64,000 nt of DNA from Caldilineaceae bacterium. Lineage in GTDB: Bacteria; Chloroflexota; Anaerolineae; Caldilineales; Caldilineaceae. Both the position numbers and the translations under genes were made by a program. The notes under the pieces are model-generated. The model was given only the letters and a program-made list of their open reading frames with translations. It had not been told where the DNA came from and did no database searches. The stretch spans positions 289,632 to 353,631 of the forward strand of contig CBDCOU010000003.1 of the NCBI GenBank assembly GCA_965219935.1, in the 5' to 3' direction. Of this stretch, positions 56,144-64,000 are shown piece after piece (the stretch's first letter is position 1; every line of letters begins with the position of its first letter).

Positions 56144-56891
56144 GGTACGTCTGGATTACCACAGGATCTCGGCGCACTTCCGTCGGCGTCCCGTCGGCAA
56201 TCTTTCTACCGAAATCGAGTACGCATACCCTGTCGGAAATGTCCATCACCAACCCCATGCGGTGCTCCACCAGCAATACCGCAACTCCCAACTCGTCTCG
56301 GATGCCCCGGACAATGCGGGCTATGGAGTCCACTTGTTGGTGGGTCAGGCCGCCCGCCGGCTCGTCGAGCAGCGCCAGCTTGGGCCGGGAAACCAGGACC
56401 CTGGCTATCTCCACACGTTTTTTTACGTCGTAAGCCAGCGCGTGGACGGGTATGTCCCGGACCTGCGTCAGCTCCATCAGTTCCAAAGTGTCCTCTGCCC
56501 GCGAACGAGCCTCCCTCTCCGCGCGCATTTGCCTGGGAAGGCGGAAAACCGCATCCAGGGCACTGTACCGCATTTTCGAGTGTTGACCCACCAGCAGGTT
56601 GTCCAACACGGACATCGAGGAAAACAGTTCCAAATTCTGAAAGGTGCGCGCCATGCCGTTGGCGACAACCTGGTGGGGCCTCATTTTGAGCAGATCCCGG
56701 CCCATGAACCGAATGGAACCCTTCATGGGATCGTAAACGCGGGTGAGGCAGTTGAACACCGTCGTCTTCCCCGCGCCGTTGGGACCGATGATCGACACAA
56801 TCTCCGCTTCGTCCACGGAGAAACCAACCCCGTCCAACGCCAAGATGCCCCCGAACCGGATCGAAAGTTCTTCGACTGTTAGTAGAGGCAC
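56118..56891 (-). CDS. livG: Branched-chain amino acid ABC transporter ATP-binding protein
   Basis: Walker A GPNGAGKTT, Walker B LALLDEPAGG and the C-terminal LivG-type tail. Confidence 0.85.
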   Translation of the reverse strand: MPLLTVEELSIRFGGILALDGVGFSVDEAEIVSIIGPNGAGKTTVFNCLTRVYDPMKGSIRFMGRDLLKMRPHQVVANGMARTFQNLELFSSMSVLDNLLVGQHSKMRYSALDAVFRLPRQMRAEREARSRAEDTLELMELTQVRDIPVHALAYDVKKRVEIARVLVSRPKLALLDEPAGGLTHQQVDSIARIVRGIRDELGVAVLLVEHRMGLVMDISDRVCVLDFGRKIADGTPTEVRRDPVVIQTYLGAPHVDA

Positions 56892-57272
56892 GACAAGACC
56901 TTCCGCTCCGTCAAACCGCTCGCCTCCGCACCATGTCCAGAACCTCCAACAAATATTGGGGATTATAACCAGAATTCGATTTCGGCGTAGGCGCCGAGGG
57001 GTTGGCCATCCAGTTCCGGATAGCGCGCGGTGGGTACCGCAGTGGGACCAATACCATGGGACTTAATGCGGTCCTGCCAATCTGTCTCGATCATGGCCTT
57101 TGCCTGTCCTTGACACCGTCTGGGACCGGGCGGACCGGTATTCACCACGGTGTGGTGTGCAGTCCCGAATGTGAACGTCCCCTAATAATCTGTTGAAACT
57201 TTGCGCGCGTCGGTTCCATCCGGGCCGGCATACTCACGGCGCATTCATCCGCTTCTCTTTGGGGAGAATCCA

Positions 57273-58274
57273 ATGCGCAAACTGTTGTCTGTTTCCTTGT
57301 TGCTACTGGTGGCAATGCTGACTGCCTGCCGCCCCGCGCCGGCCACTGCTCCCGAACCGGAATCGGCTGCGGAGTCGGCTGTTGAGGAAGAAGCGATGGA
57401 AATGGGTCCCGCCGGCCTGCCGATGGTTGATCCCATGGCCGTCACGGGCGACATCATCATTGCCGGTAGTTCCACGGTATACCCTCTCGCCGAACGCATG
57501 GCGGAGCGGTTTGTGGACGAGGGTTATGACGGCAGCATCTCGATCTCCAGCATCGGCAGCGGCGCCGGCTTCGAGCGCTTCTGTGTTGCTGGCGAGACCG
57601 ATGTTTCCAACGCTTCGCGCCCCATCAAGGACAGCGAAGTGGAGAGTTGCAACGCCATCGAACGCGCTCCGATCGAACTGCGCGTGGGCACCGATGCCCT
57701 GGCGGTGGTCGTGAGCCAGGAAAACGACTTCCTGACAGATATCTCGATGGAAGAACTGGCCCAGATCTTCTCCACAGCGACCAACTGGTCGGACGTGAAC
57801 GCGGACTGGCCGAGCGAACCGATTCAGCGCTTCAGTCCGGGCACCGACAGCGGCACCTTCGACTACTTCGTGGAAGAGGTGTTCGACAAGGATGCGGAAC
57901 CAATTCTGGCCGCCGCCGAACTGCAGCTGAGCGAGGATGACAACGTCCTGGTCCAAGGCGTGCTGGGCAGCTCCTATGCCATCGGCTACTTCGGCTACGC
58001 GTATTACCAGGAAAATGCCGACACCCTGAAGGTTCTGTCCATCAACGGCGTGGAAGCCACCGCCGACAACGTGGACAACGCCACCTACCCGTTGGCCAGG
58101 CCCATGTTCATGTATTCGACCTCCGGCATTCTCAATGAGAAGCCTCAGGTTGCCGACTTCCTGAACTTTGTGCTCACCTACGTGAACGAGGAAATCGTGG
58201 ACGTGGGCTATTTCCCAGCCTCGGCCGCCGACATGCAGGCCGCGATTGACGGCTGGAAGATGGCGATGGAGTAG
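57273..58274 (+). CDS. pstS: Phosphate ABC transporter substrate-binding lipoprotein
   Basis: MRKLLSVSLLLLVAMLTAC lipobox, plus GSSTVYPL, GSGAGFERF and NASRPIK. The ATG at 57273 lies within ORF 57201..58274. Confidence 0.88.
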   Translation: MRKLLSVSLLLLVAMLTACRPAPATAPEPESAAESAVEEEAMEMGPAGLPMVDPMAVTGDIIIAGSSTVYPLAERMAERFVDEGYDGSISISSIGSGAGFERFCVAGETDVSNASRPIKDSEVESCNAIERAPIELRVGTDALAVVVSQENDFLTDISMEELAQIFSTATNWSDVNADWPSEPIQRFSPGTDSGTFDYFVEEVFDKDAEPILAAAELQLSEDDNVLVQGVLGSSYAIGYFGYAYYQENADTLKVLSINGVEATADNVDNATYPLARPMFMYSTSGILNEKPQVADFLNFVLTYVNEEIVDVGYFPASAADMQAAIDGWKMAME

Positions 58275-58349
58275 CAGACAGGTTGTTCGAAGCCATGGGG
58301 CCGCGATGAAGCCGCGGACATCGGGGCAGGCGGGTTCCGGTGGGGCCGA

Positions 58350-58560
58350 TCTACCCTCTCCCTTTGCTAGGGACTTATACCGAGGGGTTGACCCTCGGTA
58401 CGGGGGCGGGTTTGGGCCCGGCCCCCACAGGTGCGGGTGGACCGCGCCTGCCTCGTTCACGGGTTGTCGGGGTCCCCAACGGGATCGCCCCTCGCCGTGC
58501 AGCCGCCCCTGTCCCGCGGGCCGCAACGGGCACGCACGGAAGTCCCGCCCGCGCCAAAAT
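58350..58560 (-). ncRNA. Predicted omega (right-end) RNA of the TnpB element
   Basis: Inferred from the known TnpB architecture, in which the RNA overlaps the tnpB 3' end and the right end. The GC-rich tail is structured and includes the hairpin TACCGAGGG-N5-CCCTCGGTA. No expression data are available. Confidence 0.35.
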
Positions 58561-59988
58561 GTTGATCGCCGCATTGTGGTCGGCATTGGCCCGGAACCCG
58601 CAGGCCCCGCACGCGAACACCGCCTGCAACGGCCGGTTGTCCCGGTGGACATGGACACACCGGCTGCACGTCTGCGACGTGTAGGCCGGATCCACCTTCA
58701 GCAGGGCCCCCGCCTTGTACGCCAACTTGCGCTCCAACGCGCCCCAGCCGCTGGCCAGGATGCCGCGGTTGAGCCCCGACTTCTGCTTGACCTGCTTGCC
58801 GGGTTTCGCCACCGTGCCCTTGGCCGACCGGGTCATGGCCTTCGTGTTCAGATCCTCCACCACCACGGTATGCGCCGTGTCCGCCAGGGTGCGACTGGTC
58901 TGATGCGTGGCGTTGTCGCGCTTGCGCGCCCGTTTGCGGTGCAGCTTCTGCAACTGCCCGTTCACGCGCCGGCCCCGGTTCGACTTGGGCCGCTTGTCCT
59001 TGGGCCCCCAGCCCTGCTTGCGGCTGAGTTCCCGTTGCTTGTGGGCAATCTGTGCGTCCAGCGGGTCCGTATCGGGCATCGCGTACACGGTGCCCTCGCT
59101 GTCCGTGGCCTGCCCCACGTTGCGGTCCAGGCCGAGCGCACCGTCCGCGGCGGGTGGCCGCACCTGCGCCGCGGGCACCTCGTAGCAGACATGGGCGTAC
59201 CACTTGGGGTGCTGCTCGGTGCCTTCCATGCGCACGCGCACGGTCAAGGGCCGGCAGTCCGCGTACCGGTTCGACCCCGCCAGCCGCAGCCAGCCGACCT
59301 TGGGCACGTACAGACGATCCCCGTCCATCTTGACGGCCTCGGGAATGGTGAAGGCCGGCACGGTGAAGTGACGGGCCTTGAAGCGGGGCTTGCCTTCGTT
59401 CACAGGATCCGCGAAAAACCGCGTGTAGGCATCCGCCAAGTACTTCGGGCTGTAGCGCACGCAGGCATACGGGTAGTCCTTCAGCCAGGCATGGTCCGGG
59501 TCGTTGCGCAGTTCCGTGAACCGCTTGTACAGCGTGTAGCAGGAGACGGACGGCGTGGGTCCCATGCGCTTGCGGACGGCCTTGGTCCACGCCGTTTTGC
59601 CTGCCCGGACCTCCGGCCAGTTGGCCGCGGGCACGTGCATTTCCTTCCAGCGGGCGTACCGCCACTCGCAGTCGGCCAGCATGTGGTTCCAGACGTAACG
59701 GCAGGCGCCGGCGATGGCCGTCAGCAGGATGCCGGTGGCGGCATCGCCCGGATACAGGCGCAGGCGCACCGTGCGGTGGACCGTGTCCGGGGTCTGCGTT
59801 GTAGAATCGGGGCTGTCAGGCACGGGAGCCTCATTCCCTGTCTGATGGAGAGTCCGGTGTCCGCCGGGCTCTCATGTACATGCGTGCCATTATGCTGTAG
59901 GCGCACAAAGTTGCGCAAGTTTGAAGGGGCCCTGGGTCCTGGAGCACAGGGCTTGTTGTCAACGGCTCGCCATAAGCCCCCTTTGCTA
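58360..59988 (-). mobile_element. tnpB-only IS200/IS605-family (IS1341-like) element inserted between pstS and pstC
   Basis: A single TnpB ORF with no tnpA. The direct repeat CCCTTTGCTA lies at 58360-58369 and 59979-59988. A subterminal 9-bp-stem hairpin at 58378-58400 is next to the 3' end. The exact ends are not resolved. Confidence 0.7.
58375..59823 (-). CDS. tnpB: TnpB (IS605 OrfB) RNA-guided-nuclease-family protein
   Basis: RuvC-I LGLDRNVG, RuvC-II TVVVEDLN, Zn finger CSRC...CGAC and RuvC-III ADHNAAINI. GTG start. The last 55 codons or so are low-complexity read-through of the expected omega RNA region. Confidence 0.88.
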   Translation of the reverse strand: MPDSPDSTTQTPDTVHRTVRLRLYPGDAATGILLTAIAGACRYVWNHMLADCEWRYARWKEMHVPAANWPEVRAGKTAWTKAVRKRMGPTPSVSCYTLYKRFTELRNDPDHAWLKDYPYACVRYSPKYLADAYTRFFADPVNEGKPRFKARHFTVPAFTIPEAVKMDGDRLYVPKVGWLRLAGSNRYADCRPLTVRVRMEGTEQHPKWYAHVCYEVPAAQVRPPAADGALGLDRNVGQATDSEGTVYAMPDTDPLDAQIAHKQRELSRKQGWGPKDKRPKSNRGRRVNGQLQKLHRKRARKRDNATHQTSRTLADTAHTVVVEDLNTKAMTRSAKGTVAKPGKQVKQKSGLNRGILASGWGALERKLAYKAGALLKVDPAYTSQTCSRCVHVHRDNRPLQAVFACGACGFRANADHNAAINILARAGLPCVPVAARGTGAAARRGAIPLGTPTTRERGRRGPPAPVGAGPKPAPVPRVNPSV

Positions 59989-60039
59989 CGATCCCCTCTG
60001 ACTACTGATCACTGATCCGGGGACTGGGTACAAGCCTCC

Positions 60040-61038
60040 ATGAGCGTAAAACCTGGAGCCGAAGTTCTGACCGGCGGCCTCGGCATGGAAGTGGATGCTC
60101 GACAGTCGCTGACCAGGCGCCGCCGGCCGTTCGAGCAGTTCATGCACGGTGCGCTCTGGCTGTGCGGTGCCATCTCCATTCTGACGACCATCGGCATCGT
60201 GTACATGCTGGGCCAGGAGGCGCTCCTCTTCTTCCGGCGGGAGGAAGTCCGCCTGCTGGACTTCCTGACCGGTTGGACCTGGCAGCCCCAGACCCTTCAG
60301 TTCGGTATTTGGCCACTCGTCAACGCCACCATGGGGGCCAGCCTGATCGCCATGGCCCTGGCCCTGCCCTTGGGCCTTCTCATTGCCATCTACCTGAGCG
60401 AGTATGCCGGCTCCAGGGCGCGTCGCATCCTCAAGCCCATTCTGGAGGTGCTGGCCGGGATTCCCACCGTTGTCTATGGCTACTTCGCCTTGACCTTCGT
60501 CACCCCCATTCTGCGCAACCTGTTCGGGATTGAGGTGGTCGAGATCTTCAACATTGCCTCGGCCGGACTGGTCATCGGGGTCCTTGTACTGCCCACCGTG
60601 ACCTCCATGAGCGAGGACGCCTTGCGGGCGGTGCCCTTGGCGCTGCGGGAGGCGGCGGTGGGCCTGGGTGCCACAAAGCTGGAAACTTCCTTGCGCGTGG
60701 TCGTGCCGGCAGCCCTGTCCGGCATCTCCGCAGCCTTCATCGTGGCCATGTCCCGTGCCGTGGGCGAGACGATGATTGTCGCCGTGGCGGCGGGTGCGGG
60801 CCCCCGCAACTTTCCCGGTTGGGGCGAGGCGCTGGGCGGCCTGAAGGCCCTGAATCCCTTCCAGTCCGCCGAGACGATGACGGGCCACATCGTCCGCATC
60901 TCCGGTGGCGACATCAGCTACGACTCGCTGGACTACGACAGCCTGTTCGCCATCGGCCTCCTACTGTTTCTGATGACGCTGGGTCTCAACATCTTCAGTC
61001 GTGCCGTGGCGCGCCGCTTCCGCGAGAGGTATGACTGA
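60040..61038 (+). CDS. pstC: Phosphate ABC transporter permease
   Basis: SEDALRAVPLALREAAVGLGATKLET is the EAA loop. It is a multi-TM protein. Confidence 0.88.
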   Translation: MSVKPGAEVLTGGLGMEVDARQSLTRRRRPFEQFMHGALWLCGAISILTTIGIVYMLGQEALLFFRREEVRLLDFLTGWTWQPQTLQFGIWPLVNATMGASLIAMALALPLGLLIAIYLSEYAGSRARRILKPILEVLAGIPTVVYGYFALTFVTPILRNLFGIEVVEIFNIASAGLVIGVLVLPTVTSMSEDALRAVPLALREAAVGLGATKLETSLRVVVPAALSGISAAFIVAMSRAVGETMIVAVAAGAGPRNFPGWGEALGGLKALNPFQSAETMTGHIVRISGGDISYDSLDYDSLFAIGLLLFLMTLGLNIFSRAVARRFRERYD

Positions 61039-62645
61039 TGGGGGTTTTTGTCGACAAGACCGCAGTCGGCTGGCCGGAAGGAGCCGGGGAAGCATCCCAA
61101 ACCCGTCGCCGTCGGGTCAGGGGCAAGGCCTGGCGCGTTGTCATCAGGTGTTCCACGGTCTTTGGGCTGCTCGTGCTGACCACACTGCTGTACAACGTGG
61201 TCAACAGCACCTGGGGCTACGTGGTGGTGCGCGATAGGCTGAGCGAGCCTCTGATTGTTCTGCTTGAGCATCCCCACGTCACGCACGCTGAGCGACGGGT
61301 GGATGCCCTCAAGGACGTGGACGGCGACCCGAACGCCGTGGTGGTGCTGGCATCCGAACTGGTGCCGGCCGTGCCGGCCGGCTATCGGGTGCTGCCGGTG
61401 GGGACGCAACAGGCTGCGCTGGCCTTAACCGCTCTGGTATCCGAGGACAATCCGTTCCTGTTGGAGCTCGACGAAAGCGGATTGCTGGACCTGCTGGCTC
61501 CGGGTGCCCGCTGGTCCGACCTGGACGACAACTGGCCGGCCGACACCGTGTCGGTCGTGTTCGTTGTCGACAACGAAGGCGTTCTGAGCCGCTGGGCTGC
61601 GCGGCAGGATCTGCCGAACCTGGACAGCCTCGGGGCGGCCGGGCTTCTGGGAGTCCTGGAGACCCATCTGTCGGCAGGCCTGATCCGGCGCTACGACCGC
61701 GAGCAGCCGATGGCCGGACGCAACCGCGCCAACCTGCTTGCGTTGGTGGAGGAACGGGTCAAGGAGCCCGAGATCCTGGCGACCTTCACGCTGCGCGAGT
61801 CCCTGGTGCAGGCGGACGAGATACGGGCGTTTGCGGACGCCGAGGGTGCCGAAGCCAGTTTTCACAGTTGGCTAACGCCCGGGTTCCTGGTTCGGCCGCA
61901 GTCCGCCAACGCGGCCCTGTCCGGGATCCGCACCGCTCTCCTGGGGTCGCTGTGGGTCATCGCCATCACCATCTGTTTCTCCGTGCCGTTGGGAATCGGG
62001 GCGGCGATCTACCTGGAGGAGTTTTCCACCCGCAACTGGTTCGGCAGGATTGTCGAGACCAACATCAACAACCTGGCGGGAGTGCCGTCCATCATCTATG
62101 GCATGCTCGGCCTGGTGATTTTCGTGCGCGCCCTCACGCAGATCACCAGCGGCTCACTCTTCGGCATCGTGTCCGCGGACGAGGCCAGCGGCCGCACCAT
62201 TCTCTCGGCCGGCCTGACCCTCGGCCTGTTGATTTTGCCGGTCATCATCATCAATGGGCAGGAGGCAATCCGGGCCGTGCCGGACTCGTTGCGCGAGGCC
62301 GCCTACGGCGTGGGCTGCACGCGCTGGCAGTGTGTTCGGTGGCACGTTCTGCCGATGGCCGTGCCCGGCATCCTGACCGGGGCCATCCTGGCCGTGTCGC
62401 GGGCACTCGGTGAAACCGCGCCCCTGGTGGTGATTGGCGCGGCCACCTTCATCTCGGTCGACCCGACCAACCTGTTTGCGAAGTTCACTGTGCTGCCCAT
62501 CCAAATCTACCAGTGGACGGCACGGCCCCAGGCGGAATTCCGCAACATAGCGGCCGCAGCCATTCTGGTATTGCTGACACTGCTTCTGATCACCAACGCA
62601 ACCGCAGTGCTGTTGCGCAACCGCGCCGAAAGCCAACGGATATAG
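61038..62645 (+). CDS. pstA: Phosphate ABC transporter permease with a large extra-membrane insertion after TM1
   Basis: The C-terminal half has AVPDSLREAAYGVGCTRWQ and LGETAPLVVIGAATF. At 535 aa it is much longer than typical PstA. The ATGA start overlaps pstC. Confidence 0.85.
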   Translation: MGVFVDKTAVGWPEGAGEASQTRRRRVRGKAWRVVIRCSTVFGLLVLTTLLYNVVNSTWGYVVVRDRLSEPLIVLLEHPHVTHAERRVDALKDVDGDPNAVVVLASELVPAVPAGYRVLPVGTQQAALALTALVSEDNPFLLELDESGLLDLLAPGARWSDLDDNWPADTVSVVFVVDNEGVLSRWAARQDLPNLDSLGAAGLLGVLETHLSAGLIRRYDREQPMAGRNRANLLALVEERVKEPEILATFTLRESLVQADEIRAFADAEGAEASFHSWLTPGFLVRPQSANAALSGIRTALLGSLWVIAITICFSVPLGIGAAIYLEEFSTRNWFGRIVETNINNLAGVPSIIYGMLGLVIFVRALTQITSGSLFGIVSADEASGRTILSAGLTLGLLILPVIIINGQEAIRAVPDSLREAAYGVGCTRWQCVRWHVLPMAVPGILTGAILAVSRALGETAPLVVIGAATFISVDPTNLFAKFTVLPIQIYQWTARPQAEFRNIAAAAILVLLTLLLITNATAVLLRNRAESQRI

Positions 62646-62651
62646 GCAAGC

Positions 62652-63455
62652 ATGGCCTCCACATACATCAACGGGACCGCCCCCGGCGGAGGCTATGCCC
62701 TGACGGCCTCCCACCTGCAGGTCTGGTACGGCGATTTCCACGCCGTGTCGGATGTCAGCCTGGAGGTTCCGACCCACCGCATCACCGCCATGATTGGTCC
62801 GTCCGGTTGCGGCAAGAGCACGATTCTCCGCACCTTCAACCGTATGAACGACTTGGTCGATGTGGCGCGGGTCGAGGGTTCGGTTCACTACCAGGGCGTC
62901 GACATCTACGGTCCGGATGTGGATCCGGTTGAGGTGCGCCGCCGCATCGGCATGGTGTTCCAAAAGCCCAATCCATTCCCCAAGAGCATCTTCGAAAACG
63001 TGGCCTGGGGCGCGCGCATCCACGGGTACAAGGGGGACATGGAGCAACTGGTCGAGGAGTCCCTGCGTCGGGTGGTGTTGTGGGACGAGGTGAAGGACAA
63101 GCTGAGCCAGAGCGGGTTGTCGCTGTCCGGCGGACAGCAGCAGCGCCTCTGCATTGCGCGGGCCATCGCCGTCCAGCCCGACATCGTGCTGATGGACGAG
63201 CCCTGTTCGGCCCTCGATCCGATTGCCACCCTGCACATCGAGGAATTGATGCGGGACCTGGCGGCGCAGTACACCATCGTGGTGGTGACGCACAACATGC
63301 AGCAGGCGGCCCGCGTGTCGGACTATACGGCTTTCTTCTCGGTGATCCCCGAAACACGCACCGGGGAACTGGTCGAAGTCGGTCCCACGGACCGCATCTT
63401 CGACAGCCCGGAGGAGCCGCGCACCAACGACTACATCACTGGCCGCTTCGGCTAG
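62652..63455 (+). CDS. pstB: Phosphate ABC transporter ATP-binding protein
   Basis: [35 protein letters not shown] and the PstB-typical tail [10 protein letters not shown]. Confidence 0.93.
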   Translation: MASTYINGTAPGGGYALTASHLQVWYGDFHAVSDVSLEVPTHRITAMIGPSGCGKSTILRTFNRMNDLVDVARVEGSVHYQGVDIYGPDVDPVEVRRRIGMVFQKPNPFPKSIFENVAWGARIHGYKGDMEQLVEESLRRVVLWDEVKDKLSQSGLSLSGGQQQRLCIARAIAVQPDIVLMDEPCSALDPIATLHIEELMRDLAAQYTIVVVTHNMQQAARVSDYTAFFSVIPETRTGELVEVGPTDRIFDSPEEPRTNDYITGRFG

Positions 63456-63466
63456 CAGGGGATGCC

Positions 63467-64000
63467 ATGGCCGACATCATCCGGCGTACGTTTGACAGTC
63501 AACTTTCCGACCTGCGCAGTCAGCTGTACATCATGTCGGCGGTGGTGAAGGAGGAGTTCGACTTGGGGTTCCGGTCCCTGGCCGAGCGCGACCCGGACTC
63601 CGTCGAGGCGGTGTACGCCATCGACGAGGAGATGCGCAGCAAGCGTGCGGAGATTGAGCGGGGCTGCTTCACCCTGTTGTCGCGGCAGCAGCCGGTGGCC
63701 CACGATCTCCGCCGCATCATCGTCTACTACAACGTGGCACTGGACCTGGAACGCATGGGACAGCAGGCCAAGGGTCTGGCTCGGTCGTCGCGCCGGGTGA
63801 TGGACAAGCCGGCGTGTCCCCTGCCGCATGGCCTGGCCCTGATGCACGACAAGGCCAGGCAGATGCACGATGCCACCTTCGCGGCCTGGGAGCAGGGCGA
63901 CCTGAATGCGATCGACCGGGTCATTTCCGACGACGATGAAGTGGACGAACTGGACCGGACTGTCAAAGAGGAGTTGTTCCGGAGCATGGCCGAGACCAGC
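63467..64000 (+). CDS. phoU: Phosphate uptake regulator PhoU (partial, runs off the window)
   Basis: Not in the ORF track because there is no stop in the window. My translation from the ATG at 63467 gives MADIIRRTFDSQLSDLRSQL...QQPVAHDLRRIIVYYNVALDLERMGQQAKG, a PhoU repeat pattern. Confidence 0.85.
   Translation, partial: MADIIRRTFDSQLSDLRSQLYIMSAVVKEEFDLGFRSLAERDPDSVEAVYAIDEEMRSKRAEIERGCFTLLSRQQPVAHDLRRIIVYYNVALDLERMGQQAKGLARSSRRVMDKPACPLPHGLALMHDKARQMHDATFAAWEQGDLNAIDRVISDDDEVDELDRTVKEELFRSMAETS

Noticed and set aside
59911-59921. The shared 11-mer TTGCGCAAGTT, also present in the palindrome at 43278-43290, as a common regulatory site
   Set aside because: There is a single short match in unrelated contexts (the IS left-end region and the AbiEi-like promoter). 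It is consistent with chance.
58246-60015. 589-aa + strand ORF overlapping the TnpB region
   Set aside because: It is antisense to an ORF with complete TnpB catalytic motifs and is an Arg/Gly/Pro/Ala-rich shadow.

Overview
High-GC (about 60-65% by eye) bacterial chromosomal segment. The gene content (many Uma2/DUF820 genes, Tat-signal sugar-binding proteins, an enlarged PstA) looks Chloroflexota-like, but that is a guess. The backbone is housekeeping and transport. It holds a radical SAM gene cut by the window edge, tRNA-Glu(CUC), rplU-rpmA-rpmE, tdk, dnaE, a tyrosine recombinase and an M20 peptidase. It also holds two sugar ABC loci, a livGFHM-livK-type operon and pstS-pstC-pstA-pstB-phoU. 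The interesting part is mobile-DNA archaeology that the ORF track does not show. (1) A 3,056-bp unit (1586-4641) has 53-bp terminal inverted repeats and a perfect 10-bp target-site duplication. It carries no transposase, only a 15-repeat RCC1-like lipoprotein gene. The same repeat core lies next to ISAs1-type transposase remnants elsewhere in the window: 52706-53390 (with its own 10-bp duplication), 41920-42175, and a solo end at about 8920-8969. (2) A tnpB-only IS200/IS605-type element, presumably with an omega RNA, sits antisense between pstS and pstC. Other notable features are two lower-GC islets with defence/TA-like genes (a fused MNT-HEPN protein and a two-gene HEPN-like module). There are also an orphan AbiEi-like regulator, tandem SulP and DUF418 duplications, and a translationally coupled beta-RFAP-synthase-like/TrpF-like/Zn-ADH trio. 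No CRISPR array, rRNA or second tRNA was seen. All calls come from reading and translating the sequence by eye, with no database searches.
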